The notes: generated from the sequence alone by a model not told the origin. A DNA stretch of 32,000 bases from Candidatus Saccharimonadota bacterium (GCA_016700375.1 CP065016.1:990001-1022000); one strand, 5' to 3'; shown: positions 8,658 through 16,100, numbered from the stretch's first letter. Numbers and translations are program-made.

Positions 8658-9977
8658 TTCTAGTTCTCAATGCTATGGCCTCATGACAAAATAATCCCCA
8701 CATCCTAAGCCGACACCCCAATCGTATAGTTCCACTCACCATGAAAGTCTTCTTGCCGCACGTTTAGTGCGGCGAGCTCTTTGTCAGATATCTTGATGCC
8801 TTTTTCATAGATATTCGTATCGGCTACGGCTGTGACTGTCAGCCCTGATGTGGTGGTTGTGCTGGAGATAAGTCGGATTATAGTTTCTAGACTAGTCAAT
8901 GGCTTCGCTCTCCAATTGATGGATATGTATGAGAAGAGCTTATGCTCTATGGCATTCCACTTGCTCGTAGCTGGAGGGTAATGCCTGATGGTAATCGGTA
9001 TACCTATCTCATCGACCAACTCCTGTAATTCCTTCTTCCACAACCTGTTCCGTGAACCATTACTCCCGCCACCGTCACAAGTGATCAGGAGACGCTTTGC
9101 ATTGGGATACAGTTTACGACCATGTTCCTTCCACCACCGTCGGATACTTTCAACAGCAAAGGCTGAGGTATCGGCACTGGTGCCGACATTCACGAACCCG
9201 GTGTTTGTGAGTCGATCATAGATGCCGTACGGCACCGCCTTGCCGTCGGCGAGAGATGGAAAGTCGTAGACATTGACGACTTCTGCGCTACCTTTTGGCT
9301 GCCATTCCCGGCCATTGTTCTTGAAGTTGCCGAGGAGTTCTTTTTTCTTACAATCAACTGAGATAACAGGGTCGCCGGTTGCTAGAAAGTCTTTGATGGT
9401 AGTATTGATCAATTGAAACTGACCGTCCCGGTCAGGGTGTGAAACACCCTCAACGTTCTTCTTATTTGCCTGTAGGGAGAAGCCTTTTGCTTTGAGGATA
9501 CGGCCAATTGTACGGTAGCTGACTGCATGACCGGCTTTGTTGAGAGTGCTCTCAAGCCTACTGAGTGATTTGGTAGTCCACTGTATTGGGCTCATTGGAT
9601 CCCCCTTGGGATCGAGTAGTGCTTCAAGATCAGTTTCCAGGGTTGGGTCAGTATCCGTCAGTGTCTTTCTGCCGCCACCAGGTAGACGGATACGGTCAAG
9701 GAGTGGTGGGGCTTTACTGTCAGCTATCCCTCTGGAGACCGTCTCACGATCTACGCTGGCAACCCTGGCAACCTGTGAGATACCACCGAGCCCTAGCTTA
9801 CGAGCTTCTGTCCCGAGATATATACGCCATTGGCGTTCATTGAGAACAGGGCGTAGTAGTTCATATTGGTTTTCTTGGGTGATCGTATTTGTTTCTGTCA
9901 TACCTAACAGTATGGCAGATTGAGGCTATGTTGTGGTGATTATTTTGTCAGGAGGCCTATAGCATGAAGAACTAGAA
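8658..9977 (-). mobile_element. ISAzo13-family insertion sequence (about 1.3 kb)
   Basis: Imperfect ~47-bp terminal inverted repeats: 8658 ttctagttctcaatgctatggcctcatgacaaaataatc... versus the reverse complement of 9931-9977, ttctagttcttcatgctataggcctcctgacaaaataatc... An intact transposase lies inside. The outer boundaries could extend a few bp (cttacatt / cttcacatt). No clear target duplication was seen. Confidence 0.8.
8705..9901 (-). CDS. ISAzo13-family DDE transposase
   Basis: The 398-aa ORF carries hallmark blocks of the ISAzo13 / Rhodopirellula-type DDE transposase: LPGGGRK, PIQWTTKS, HPDRDGQF, ISVDCKKKELLGNFKNNGREW, AVPYGIYD, LITCDGGGSNGSR, YPPATSKWNAIEHKLFS and GEWNYTI. Confidence 0.9.
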   Translation of the reverse strand: MTETNTITQENQYELLRPVLNERQWRIYLGTEARKLGLGGISQVARVASVDRETVSRGIADSKAPPLLDRIRLPGGGRKTLTDTDPTLETDLEALLDPKGDPMSPIQWTTKSLSRLESTLNKAGHAVSYRTIGRILKAKGFSLQANKKNVEGVSHPDRDGQFQLINTTIKDFLATGDPVISVDCKKKELLGNFKNNGREWQPKGSAEVVNVYDFPSLADGKAVPYGIYDRLTNTGFVNVGTSADTSAFAVESIRRWWKEHGRKLYPNAKRLLITCDGGGSNGSRNRLWKKELQELVDEIGIPITIRHYPPATSKWNAIEHKLFSYISINWRAKPLTSLETIIRLISSTTTTSGLTVTAVADTNIYEKGIKISDKELAALNVRQEDFHGEWNYTIGVSA

Positions 9978-10037
9978 CAGGTAATGTGAAGCTGTGTACA
10001 TCCGAAGGTATATCTGTTAAAATCGTGCTGTGACCTT

Positions 10038-10170
10038 CGGGGAGTGGCTTGAGTCCGGTAGCGTGAGATCCGCCAGTGGCGGACCGCAAGGGAGTCCACT
10101 CTTGAAAGCTGTGCTTTCAAAGATGTGGCGACGGGGTCGCCGAAAGTGACCGCGGTTTGGTTCTACCGCG
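10038..10170 (+). repeat. tRNA-derived three-hairpin module, copy A (pseudo 5' half of tRNA-Pro plus hp1-hp2-hp3)
   Basis: CGGGGAGTGGCttgAGTCCGGTAGCGt matches 23 of 27 nt of the acceptor/D-arm of tRNA-Pro(UGG), which lies 174 nt downstream. It is followed by hp1 GATCCGCC-agt-GGCGGACC (10067-10085), GCAAG, hp2 TTGAAAGC-tgt-GCTTTCAA, hp3 GGTCGC-cgaaa-GTGACC, and a final hairpin CGCGGT-n8-ACCGCG. Confidence 0.75.
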
Positions 10171-10211
10171 TTCATAGAATAGGGTACAATACATTTACGT
10201 CGTCAATTTGT

Positions 10212-10288
10212 CGGGGAGTGGCGCAGTCCGGTAGCGCACTCGGTTTGGGACCGAGGGGTCGCAGGTTCAAATCCTGTCTCCCCGACCA
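10212..10288 (+). tRNA. tRNA-Pro (anticodon UGG), CCA encoded
   Basis: Hand-folded cloverleaf: CGGGGAG/CTCCCCG acceptor, GCGC/GCGC D-stem, CTCGG-TTTGGGA-CCGAG anticodon arm, GCAGG-TTCAAAT-CCTGT T-arm, A73, CCA. Confidence 0.9.
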
Positions 10289-10327
10289 TAAGAAAATACC
10301 TCAGCAGAGCTGGGGTGTTTTCTTATG
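10289..10327 (+). terminator. Intrinsic terminator-like hairpin after tRNA-Pro(UGG)
   Basis: ataAGAAAAtaCCTCAGCagaGCTGGGGtgTTTTCTTat has a GC core stem extended by A-tract/U-tract pairing. Confidence 0.7.
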
Positions 10328-10417
10328 TCAGTGAGATGTGGTGCGAGCTTGCGCGCAGGTTCGTGGACGAGGAACGGAGCAAAAAACGAAAGTTTACTTT
10401 TGTTTTTAGCGAGTACC

Positions 10418-10456
10418 GCAGGGAAGAGGGCGAAGCCCGATAATCCTGTCCCCTCG
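10418..10456 (+). repeat. Degenerate copy of the tRNA-Pro(UGG) T-arm/acceptor 3' strand with a hairpin inserted in the T-loop
   Basis: GCAGG-gaagaGGGCgaaGCCCgatAAT-CCTGT-CCCCTCG compares with the tRNA GCAGG-TTCAAAT-CCTGT-CTCCCCG. Confidence 0.65.
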
Positions 10457-10520
10457 TGGGATACTACGCCGCATCTTCCCTCATGCAATACAGGTGTTAT
10501 TTACGGCTTTTCACCCAGGG

Positions 10521-10529
10521 TGCTATAAT
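10521..10529 (+). promoter_or_regulatory. Extended -10 promoter element (TGCTATAAT) for tRNA-Pro(CGG)
   Basis: TGnTATAAT lies 18 nt upstream of the tRNA. The following leader ACCTCTGTT is shared with the tRNA-His promoter region (16214-16229). Confidence 0.6.
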
Positions 10530-10547
10530 TACCTCTGTTAATTTCAC

Positions 10548-10624
10548 CGGGGTGTAGCGCAGCTTGGTAGCGCGCGTCGTTCGGGACGACGAGGTCGTGG
10601 GTTCAAATCCCGCCACCCCGACCA
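10548..10624 (+). tRNA. tRNA-Pro (anticodon CGG), CCA encoded
   Basis: CGGGGTG/CACCCCG acceptor, CGTCG-TTCGGGA-CGACG anticodon arm, GTGGG-TTCAAAT-CCCGC T-arm, A73, CCA. Confidence 0.9.
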
Positions 10625-10661
10625 TACAAAAGACTCGGCACGTGCCGAGTCTTTTGTATGG
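10622..10661 (+). terminator. Perfect 40-nt palindromic terminator-like hairpin after tRNA-Pro(CGG)
   Basis: CCATACAAAAGACTCGGCAC|GTGCCGAGTCTTTTGTATGG overlaps the encoded CCA. Confidence 0.75.
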
Positions 10662-10780
10662 CATAGCCGGGTTTGGACCCACGACCAGAGATTCGCGCAG
10701 CAAAGATCGTAGGTCGTGAAGGTCGCGTAGCGGAGAAAGGAAACGGAAGCTTGCTCACGTCCCTTTCGGAGTGGAGGAGC

Positions 10781-10805
10781 GCAGCGATAATCCTGCCACC
10801 CCAAC
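10781..10805 (+). repeat. Degenerate copy of a tRNA-Pro T-arm plus the tRNA-Pro(CGG) acceptor 3' strand
   Basis: GCAGcgatAATCCTGC-CACCCCaac. The acceptor strand CACCCC matches the adjacent CGG tRNA. The AATCCTG T-loop/stem matches the UGG tRNA. Confidence 0.55.
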
Positions 10806-10871
10806 TACGCTAGTGCTTATTGCAAAATTCCCCATGCACTGTAGTATGAAGCATATAACACGGAGGGTACT

Positions 10872-11705
10872 ATGTCGCCAGAAACGAATAACGATACTCA
10901 GAAAAACGATGAAGCCGAGGTAGCGGCGGTCGCAAAAACAAAACGCCTGCCCAGGAAGGTGCTCTATGCTTCGGTCGCGCTCATAGTAGTAGGGCTAGCA
11001 GTACTGGTTGGGTTTTTGCTGGGCGGCAAGGCTACTGCACCGGCAAAAACAGCACAAAATAAGATAACCGCTTCGGAAAAGAAACAACCAGCTCAAACGA
11101 CCACAGAAAAAAAGATTGAAGAGACAACATCATCTAGCTGTGGGAGTGAAAAGACAGCATTCAGGAACGAATCTTTTGGCGTACAGTTCTGCTATCCAAC
11201 CAGCTGGGGAACGGCGAGCGTACAAGATGCAAAAGTTGCGGCTGCAGACACTGGCCATCGTGAGGTTGTGCGCTTTTCGTCAAACCCATATGTTATTGTG
11301 GGGGGCATGAGCGATGACTGGTCTACCTCTGTCGGTCGCGGTGTTGGCTGTTTGGAGCCGGACAATGTTGTCCCCCCGCTTAGCGCATACGACACGAGCT
11401 GGCATGGCATAGAAGGCTCCGGCGCCGATGTTTCGTACGCAGTCCGAAGCCTACCTTCTTCCGCCGGAGGCTACAGTGTTCAAGAATCAGTTTCTAACTT
11501 GCTCGTCTCTGGCGTATGTGTCCAGGGACATAAAGTTATTAGCGGTTCGCGCTACCGCGTTGTTGCCGTAAATTATGCTCGTGACTTTGCGCCAGCGTCG
11601 GGCATAACCACCCCCGCCCAGCACATGGCAGAGCCAAACGTCTTGTTCTCTACAGAACTGCGCACCCAGTACGACGCGCTTCTTGCCAGCCTTGCTGCCT
11701 ACTAG
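10872..11705 (+). CDS. Membrane-anchored extracytoplasmic hypothetical protein
   Basis: SD GGAGGG lies upstream. There is a single TM (VLYASVALIVVGLAVLVGFLL) followed by a Cys-containing globular region. No family was recognised. Confidence 0.6.
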   Translation: MSPETNNDTQKNDEAEVAAVAKTKRLPRKVLYASVALIVVGLAVLVGFLLGGKATAPAKTAQNKITASEKKQPAQTTTEKKIEETTSSSCGSEKTAFRNESFGVQFCYPTSWGTASVQDAKVAAADTGHREVVRFSSNPYVIVGGMSDDWSTSVGRGVGCLEPDNVVPPLSAYDTSWHGIEGSGADVSYAVRSLPSSAGGYSVQESVSNLLVSGVCVQGHKVISGSRYRVVAVNYARDFAPASGITTPAQHMAEPNVLFSTELRTQYDALLASLAAY

Positions 11706-11728
11706 GCTCAAGCGTACAATATTTGGTG

Positions 11729-12373
11729 ATGAATCTAATAAACATGGGCCTTGCGGTTGGCATTGTGTTTGGGCTCCTGCTTCTTAGCGAATGGGGTTGG
11801 CGAAAGCATTGGTTGCACGGGGAAGTCGGACGCAAATTTGTGCATGTCACGGTCGGTACGTTCGTGGCATTTTGGCCGTATTTCCTTGACTGGACGGAAA
11901 TACGCCTCCTCAGCCTCGCGTTTTTTGTAGTGGTTTTGGCGAGTATGCACCTGGGCGTGTTTAAGGCTATTGGCAGTGTGCAGCGCCCAACGTACGGTGA
12001 AATATTCTTTGCGCTTAGCGTCGGTCTGCTTACTATCATTACCACGTCAAAAGGAATTTATGCTGCGGCTATTTTGCAAATGGCGCTGGCCGATGGATTT
12101 GCCGCTATCATCGGCGGGCGGTTTGGTACCGAAAACAAATATCATCTCTATGGCCGCACCAAAAGTCTTGCCGGTAGCACCACCTTTTTTGTCATATCGC
12201 TGGCATTACTCATCGGCTACAGCGCATTATCAGATAACGGACTGGCCTGGCCGTATATAATCGGTGGGGCGTTTGCCGCGACGCTGCTTGAGAACATTGC
12301 TGCGCTTGGCTTTGATAACCTCATTGTCCCTCTTGCAGTCGGCATACTACTTCAACTGCTGAGTACCCCGTAG
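11729..12373 (+). CDS. Polytopic membrane protein of the CdsA / polyprenol (dolichol/phytol) kinase superfamily
   Basis: There are multiple TM helices. The C-terminal block LADGFAAIIGGRFG...RTKSLAGS resembles the CTP-transferase-1 family signature. TACAAT at 11715-11720 lies just upstream. The start could be TTG 11723, GTG 11726 or ATG 11729. Confidence 0.5.
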   Translation: MNLINMGLAVGIVFGLLLLSEWGWRKHWLHGEVGRKFVHVTVGTFVAFWPYFLDWTEIRLLSLAFFVVVLASMHLGVFKAIGSVQRPTYGEIFFALSVGLLTIITTSKGIYAAAILQMALADGFAAIIGGRFGTENKYHLYGRTKSLAGSTTFFVISLALLIGYSALSDNGLAWPYIIGGAFAATLLENIAALGFDNLIVPLAVGILLQLLSTP

Positions 12374-12381
12374 TTCGACGG

Positions 12382-13110
12382 CTATGGTCGCCCGATTCCT
12401 TGAAAACCGTACGAATCGAGGTAGGGATAGTTTGCACGGTATGAAATGGCATTCCCGACATTGCCACCGACGAGATCAGCCGTACCGTTCGGGTTTAACT
12501 TCACAATAATATCGACGTGACCGAGCTTTTCTGCATAGTTACCACGCCAAGATATAACAAAGTCACCAATCTGAGGAGTTGTTTTCTTGTCGATTAAATC
12601 TTGTTTTGAGTAGAAAGCATGGTTTGCCTGGAGGATGGCCATAAATTTTTGGGAATTGAATATTCGCCAGCCGTGGGTATCCGGGTTGCGCACTGGAGTA
12701 CCGGCTTGCTGGGCTACCCAGCTTGCAAAGGCGGTGCACCACTGGACGGGGTTACCTCCGGTGTAAACATCAACTGCCTGGCCACAGTTGCACCCAGGGA
12801 CTCGTTCTTTTACTCCTTTACCGTACTCAGCGAGCGCAATCCTTGCTCGTTTCAGTCCATTACTCTCGGTATTTGGAGTCGAAGGTGATACCGAGGTGGT
12901 CGTGTTCGCCGGCGTGACCTGGTTGAGGCTGAGCGCCGTAGGCTTGGTGGCTGAATGCTGCGCGAGGGCAACCCCACTAAAGAAGACGATGAGGGATAGC
13001 GTGTGAAGACTTTGTGTTACAAAGCGTCTTGGCGTCCGATCACCGGTAAAGAAGGTACGCAAGGTTTCTCTAAGGAAACGAGGTAACTTTGTCAGTCTGC
13101 GTGTGATCAT
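12382..13110 (-). CDS. Secreted CHAP-type Cys/His amidohydrolase (candidate gamma-glutamyl polymer hydrolase)
   Basis: I chose the ATG at 13110, which forms an ATGA overlap with the capB stop. The longer ORF to 13185 would overlap capB by 79 nt. There is an N-terminal signal/anchor (SLIVFFSGVALAQ). The CHAP-like catalytic motifs are PVQWCTAFASWV (Cys) and GHVDIIV...LVGGNVGN (His). Confidence 0.65.
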   Translation of the reverse strand: MITRRLTKLPRFLRETLRTFFTGDRTPRRFVTQSLHTLSLIVFFSGVALAQHSATKPTALSLNQVTPANTTTSVSPSTPNTESNGLKRARIALAEYGKGVKERVPGCNCGQAVDVYTGGNPVQWCTAFASWVAQQAGTPVRNPDTHGWRIFNSQKFMAILQANHAFYSKQDLIDKKTTPQIGDFVISWRGNYAEKLGHVDIIVKLNPNGTADLVGGNVGNAISYRANYPYLDSYGFQGIGRP

Positions 13111-14327
13111 ACGGCTGGCTCCAAAACATGCAACAGGGCTTCGGCTTGCTTCGTGTGGATATTGACCGTTCCATACAGCACGCATCGTTTGGCGCGAATC
13201 TTTTTCGTAATGGCACGTAACAATGTCTCGCCATCAGCATTCTTGTACGCAGTCGAGTTTCCTAGGTAAAGGACTTTTGCCCTATGTTTGGTGTGCCGTG
13301 CCAATTCTTTTTTGATCTGCGGCTCGTAGTCACCAAACGTAATAATGTAGTCTGCTTTAATGTCGTCAAGACAAATGTTTACGAACTGGAGGACTCGTTC
13401 AGGGCGATCGAGACGGTTGTTCAAGATAACAGCCTTTTTCGTCTTCGGCCCGACTTTTTCGTGTAAGACATTGGCTGTATAGATAAAACTCTCGCGGTCG
13501 TTAATAGCAAAGAGGTTCGCCCAAAACAGGGTTCGATTGGGGACAGCTAGCTCTTGCAGGACAAATGCCCCAGGGTCTGGATTCGCCTTGTGCATCCCAC
13601 TCAGGGCGGTTTGTCGATTGATCCCGATGAGCTCGGCAACCTTAATGGCGATGGCGACATTGCTGGCATATTCAAAATGGGCAAACTTGGCCATCTGCCT
13701 ACTGCTGACGCGGTGGGTACCAACCGGATGGAGTTTACTACCTCGTTTCTCACACTCTTCTCGAAGAATGGCGAGAATTGCAGGGTCGGTTTCGGCAGTC
13801 ACCAAGTGGCCGTTTATTGGTATCGTTGAAGCAAGGCTACGAGCAATATCTGCCAAGGTATGTCCAAGCAGATCCATGTGGTCTTCACGGACGTTGGTGA
13901 TAACTCCGATCGTAGAACGCATAATTTTTCGTTCGAGATAGCGCTGGTACAGTGGGTTAATCGCCATACACTCGAATACAATTGCCTGGTATGGCCGACT
14001 GGTGTACATGCTATGCTTGCTTCCAAGATATGCACTAATCATGCGCCGTTGTTCGGCAATGTCGGCTTCTTTGCGCGGCACCGGAATGTCTGTGTCGTGA
14101 TCAATAATAACCCGTGCGGCTGTTCCGGTAGTCTTGGCGGCCGTTTGTAGCCCACCTTCGCGTAACGAGGCAGCAATCAGGCGGGTCACCGAAGATTTAC
14201 CCCGGATACCATTAACGTGAATACGATGAGGAATCTGATTTAACTGACGGTGATATCTCCGCGTGTCATAGGCTGAAAATACGAGATAGATCGCGTACAG
14301 CAAGCCGACAAACAAGGGGATAATCAT
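13107..14327 (-). CDS. capB: Poly-gamma-glutamate synthase PgsB/CapB-like amide ligase
   Basis: Collinear similarity to B. subtilis PgsB, recalled from memory: N-terminal TM, NGIRGKSSVTRL (P-loop), KTTGTAARVI, ECMAINP, GVITNVREDHMD, TIPINGHLV and PDPGA. Confidence 0.85.
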   Translation of the reverse strand: MIIPLFVGLLYAIYLVFSAYDTRRYHRQLNQIPHRIHVNGIRGKSSVTRLIAASLREGGLQTAAKTTGTAARVIIDHDTDIPVPRKEADIAEQRRMISAYLGSKHSMYTSRPYQAIVFECMAINPLYQRYLERKIMRSTIGVITNVREDHMDLLGHTLADIARSLASTIPINGHLVTAETDPAILAILREECEKRGSKLHPVGTHRVSSRQMAKFAHFEYASNVAIAIKVAELIGINRQTALSGMHKANPDPGAFVLQELAVPNRTLFWANLFAINDRESFIYTANVLHEKVGPKTKKAVILNNRLDRPERVLQFVNICLDDIKADYIITFGDYEPQIKKELARHTKHRAKVLYLGNSTAYKNADGETLLRAITKKIRAKRCVLYGTVNIHTKQAEALLHVLEPAV

Positions 14328-15430
14328 AGCTGCTCCTTGAGCCAGGCTGGACGCCTCAGATGTAGGGATTGTTTTGTCGTCACGCTGAGACGGTGCGACA
14401 GGGATGCCCAGTTTGCAGCGTTCCAGCGGCTGAGACCATTGGCTGCAGCCCGTCTAATGTACGCTGCCACTGTGCCGGTGCTCATCTGCAACATCTTCTG
14501 AGCAATCGAAAAATCGGCGCGCCGCAGGTGTAAACGAGGAATGGACAGGACAAGGCTATTGGTTGCAACCGTAACGACTACCAGAGCAGCCAGCGGCGAT
14601 GGCCGGTAACCATGAACTTTCGTCTGAATCGCGATCCAGTCAATCAGGGAAATAAAGAAGTAACTTCCGAACAAGCTAATGACGAATCGCTCGAGTCCAA
14701 TAATGAGGGTTCGTTCCATGACATACTTCACGAAGTAGTAGTTAACGTAGATGGCTGCTGAGATGAGGGCGGCCTGTAGTAATGAGCTCGTCAGCATCAC
14801 GACGATATAGGGGAGCAGGAGGTATCCAAATAGCTTGGTGTTCATCTTTCGGTAGATAGTGTAGGAAGCGAGTAGGCTGAGCGGGAAGAAAATGGCAGCG
14901 TGCAAGAAACCGAGTCTGACGTAGCTGCTGAGCTGAATCGTCGTTTGGGAAAGTAAGTGGAAAGGAACGAAACTGGCGAGAGTCAGACCAACCAGGTACG
15001 TGAGTGCCGTGACGCTCAGTGTTCCTCTGAGGACGGTGCCAAGACGGTATTTGTGAGCTGAAATGGCAATCAGGCCAGATGAGATAAGGCTAATCGTGCC
15101 AATTTCCGTCGATATCCAATGGCGTTTTCCGAGCAGGAGGGTCAACGCAATGTTGATACAGACGCTATATGCAATAAAGATATAGTTGGATTGGCGTTTT
15201 GATAGTGCGTACTTACCAAAGGTGTATTTATGCAGAAAATAACAGATAACGGCTGTTAAGATTGAGATTGAGAATGCCTTCAAACTGCTCCCAAGCTCAA
15301 TCGCAAGTGTCCCCGGCACAATGATGCCGCCAGGTGTCACGCCGTATCGTTTTTTATACAGCAAACCAAAGACTGCTCCACTCAGGAAGAGCAAGCGCAT
15401 CAGTTCGTACGAATAATCTAAGACATCCAT
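14324..15430 (-). CDS. capC: PgsC/CapC-like membrane protein, enlarged (368 aa versus ~150 aa canonical)
   Basis: The N-terminal third resembles PgsC (GVTPGGIIVPGTLA compared with GIVPAGLVVPGYLG; SSGLIAISAHKYRLG compared with VPGLIANTIQKQG). The C-terminal 200 aa adds further TM helices, possibly a second degenerate CapC repeat (GYLLLPYIVVML), and a basic cytoplasmic tail. The stop overlaps the capB ATG (ATGA). Confidence 0.65.
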   Translation of the reverse strand: MDVLDYSYELMRLLFLSGAVFGLLYKKRYGVTPGGIIVPGTLAIELGSSLKAFSISILTAVICYFLHKYTFGKYALSKRQSNYIFIAYSVCINIALTLLLGKRHWISTEIGTISLISSGLIAISAHKYRLGTVLRGTLSVTALTYLVGLTLASFVPFHLLSQTTIQLSSYVRLGFLHAAIFFPLSLLASYTIYRKMNTKLFGYLLLPYIVVMLTSSLLQAALISAAIYVNYYFVKYVMERTLIIGLERFVISLFGSYFFISLIDWIAIQTKVHGYRPSPLAALVVVTVATNSLVLSIPRLHLRRADFSIAQKMLQMSTGTVAAYIRRAAANGLSRWNAANWASLSHRLSVTTKQSLHLRRPAWLKEQL

Positions 15431-15702
15431 CTCATAGCTCCGGAATTTAATATAACATAAAATTTACGAAAATACAATAAAATTGTAGTAAAAATAGATT
15501 CTTGGTTTTATAAAGTTTTTTACAGAAAAATAAACAAAGCTGGCGTATAACAACAACAGAATAAACAGCTTTGGGAAACAATCAATACCACTCACGCTTT
15601 CAATTGCGAGATAAGGGGCGTATAGTGCGGAATATACGGGTGGCTAGGGTGTTGGAATAGAGGAGGTGCACGGACTATGAGACGATTTAGCAACCTAACA
15701 TC

Positions 15703-16056
15703 TTGGGTGACGCGCCTGAAAAATGCGACGGTGGCGGCGATGAAGAGACTAGCTTTAGTCTGACTGACGATGGCGTGAACGGTTGGACACTGAACGGCGC
15801 TACGTGTACTGGGGCTGAGATAACTCGTGAAGGCAGTTCGGTAACCATGGAAGTCGTGCCGGGTGCGGATGTGAAGTGTACATTCGTAAACCAAAAGAAC
15901 ACCATTCCGCAAGTGCTCGGCGCAGTTGACCCGCCAAAGCTAGAAAATACCGGCGGTAGTGTGTGGGTGGCGGTGAGTATGAGTCTGACAGTTATGGGGC
16001 TAGCCATTCTGACTGCGTTAAGCGACCGACGTCGTAACCAAACGATGGCCGCGTAG
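15703..16056 (+). pseudogene. C-terminal remnant of a sortase-anchored surface protein (LENTG sorting signal)
   Basis: It ends with PPKLENTGG, a hydrophobic stretch (SVWVAVSMSLTVMGLAILTAL) and a basic tail (SDRRRNQ), which is a classical cell-wall sorting signal. No signal peptide is present. The strong SD GAGGAGG (15659-15665) serves an ATG at 15677 in a different frame that stops after 28 codons. The gene is therefore probably frameshifted or truncated. Confidence 0.45.
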
Positions 16057-16100
16057 TCACCCCAGACGAAATAAACAGAGAAGAAATAGCATTCCCAAGT

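Noticed and set aside
13107-13185. The longer start (13185) for the CHAP hydrolase, overlapping capB by 79 nt.
   Set aside because: The internal ATG at 13110 gives an ATGA coupling to the capB stop and places the signal-anchor near the N-terminus.
15677-15761. Programmed -1 frameshift at the A5 run, joining the SD-served ATG to the LENTG ORF.
   Set aside because: The site is not a canonical X XXY YYZ heptamer and has no downstream stimulatory structure. The joined N-terminus still lacks a signal peptide, so a pseudogene or an indel error is more likely.
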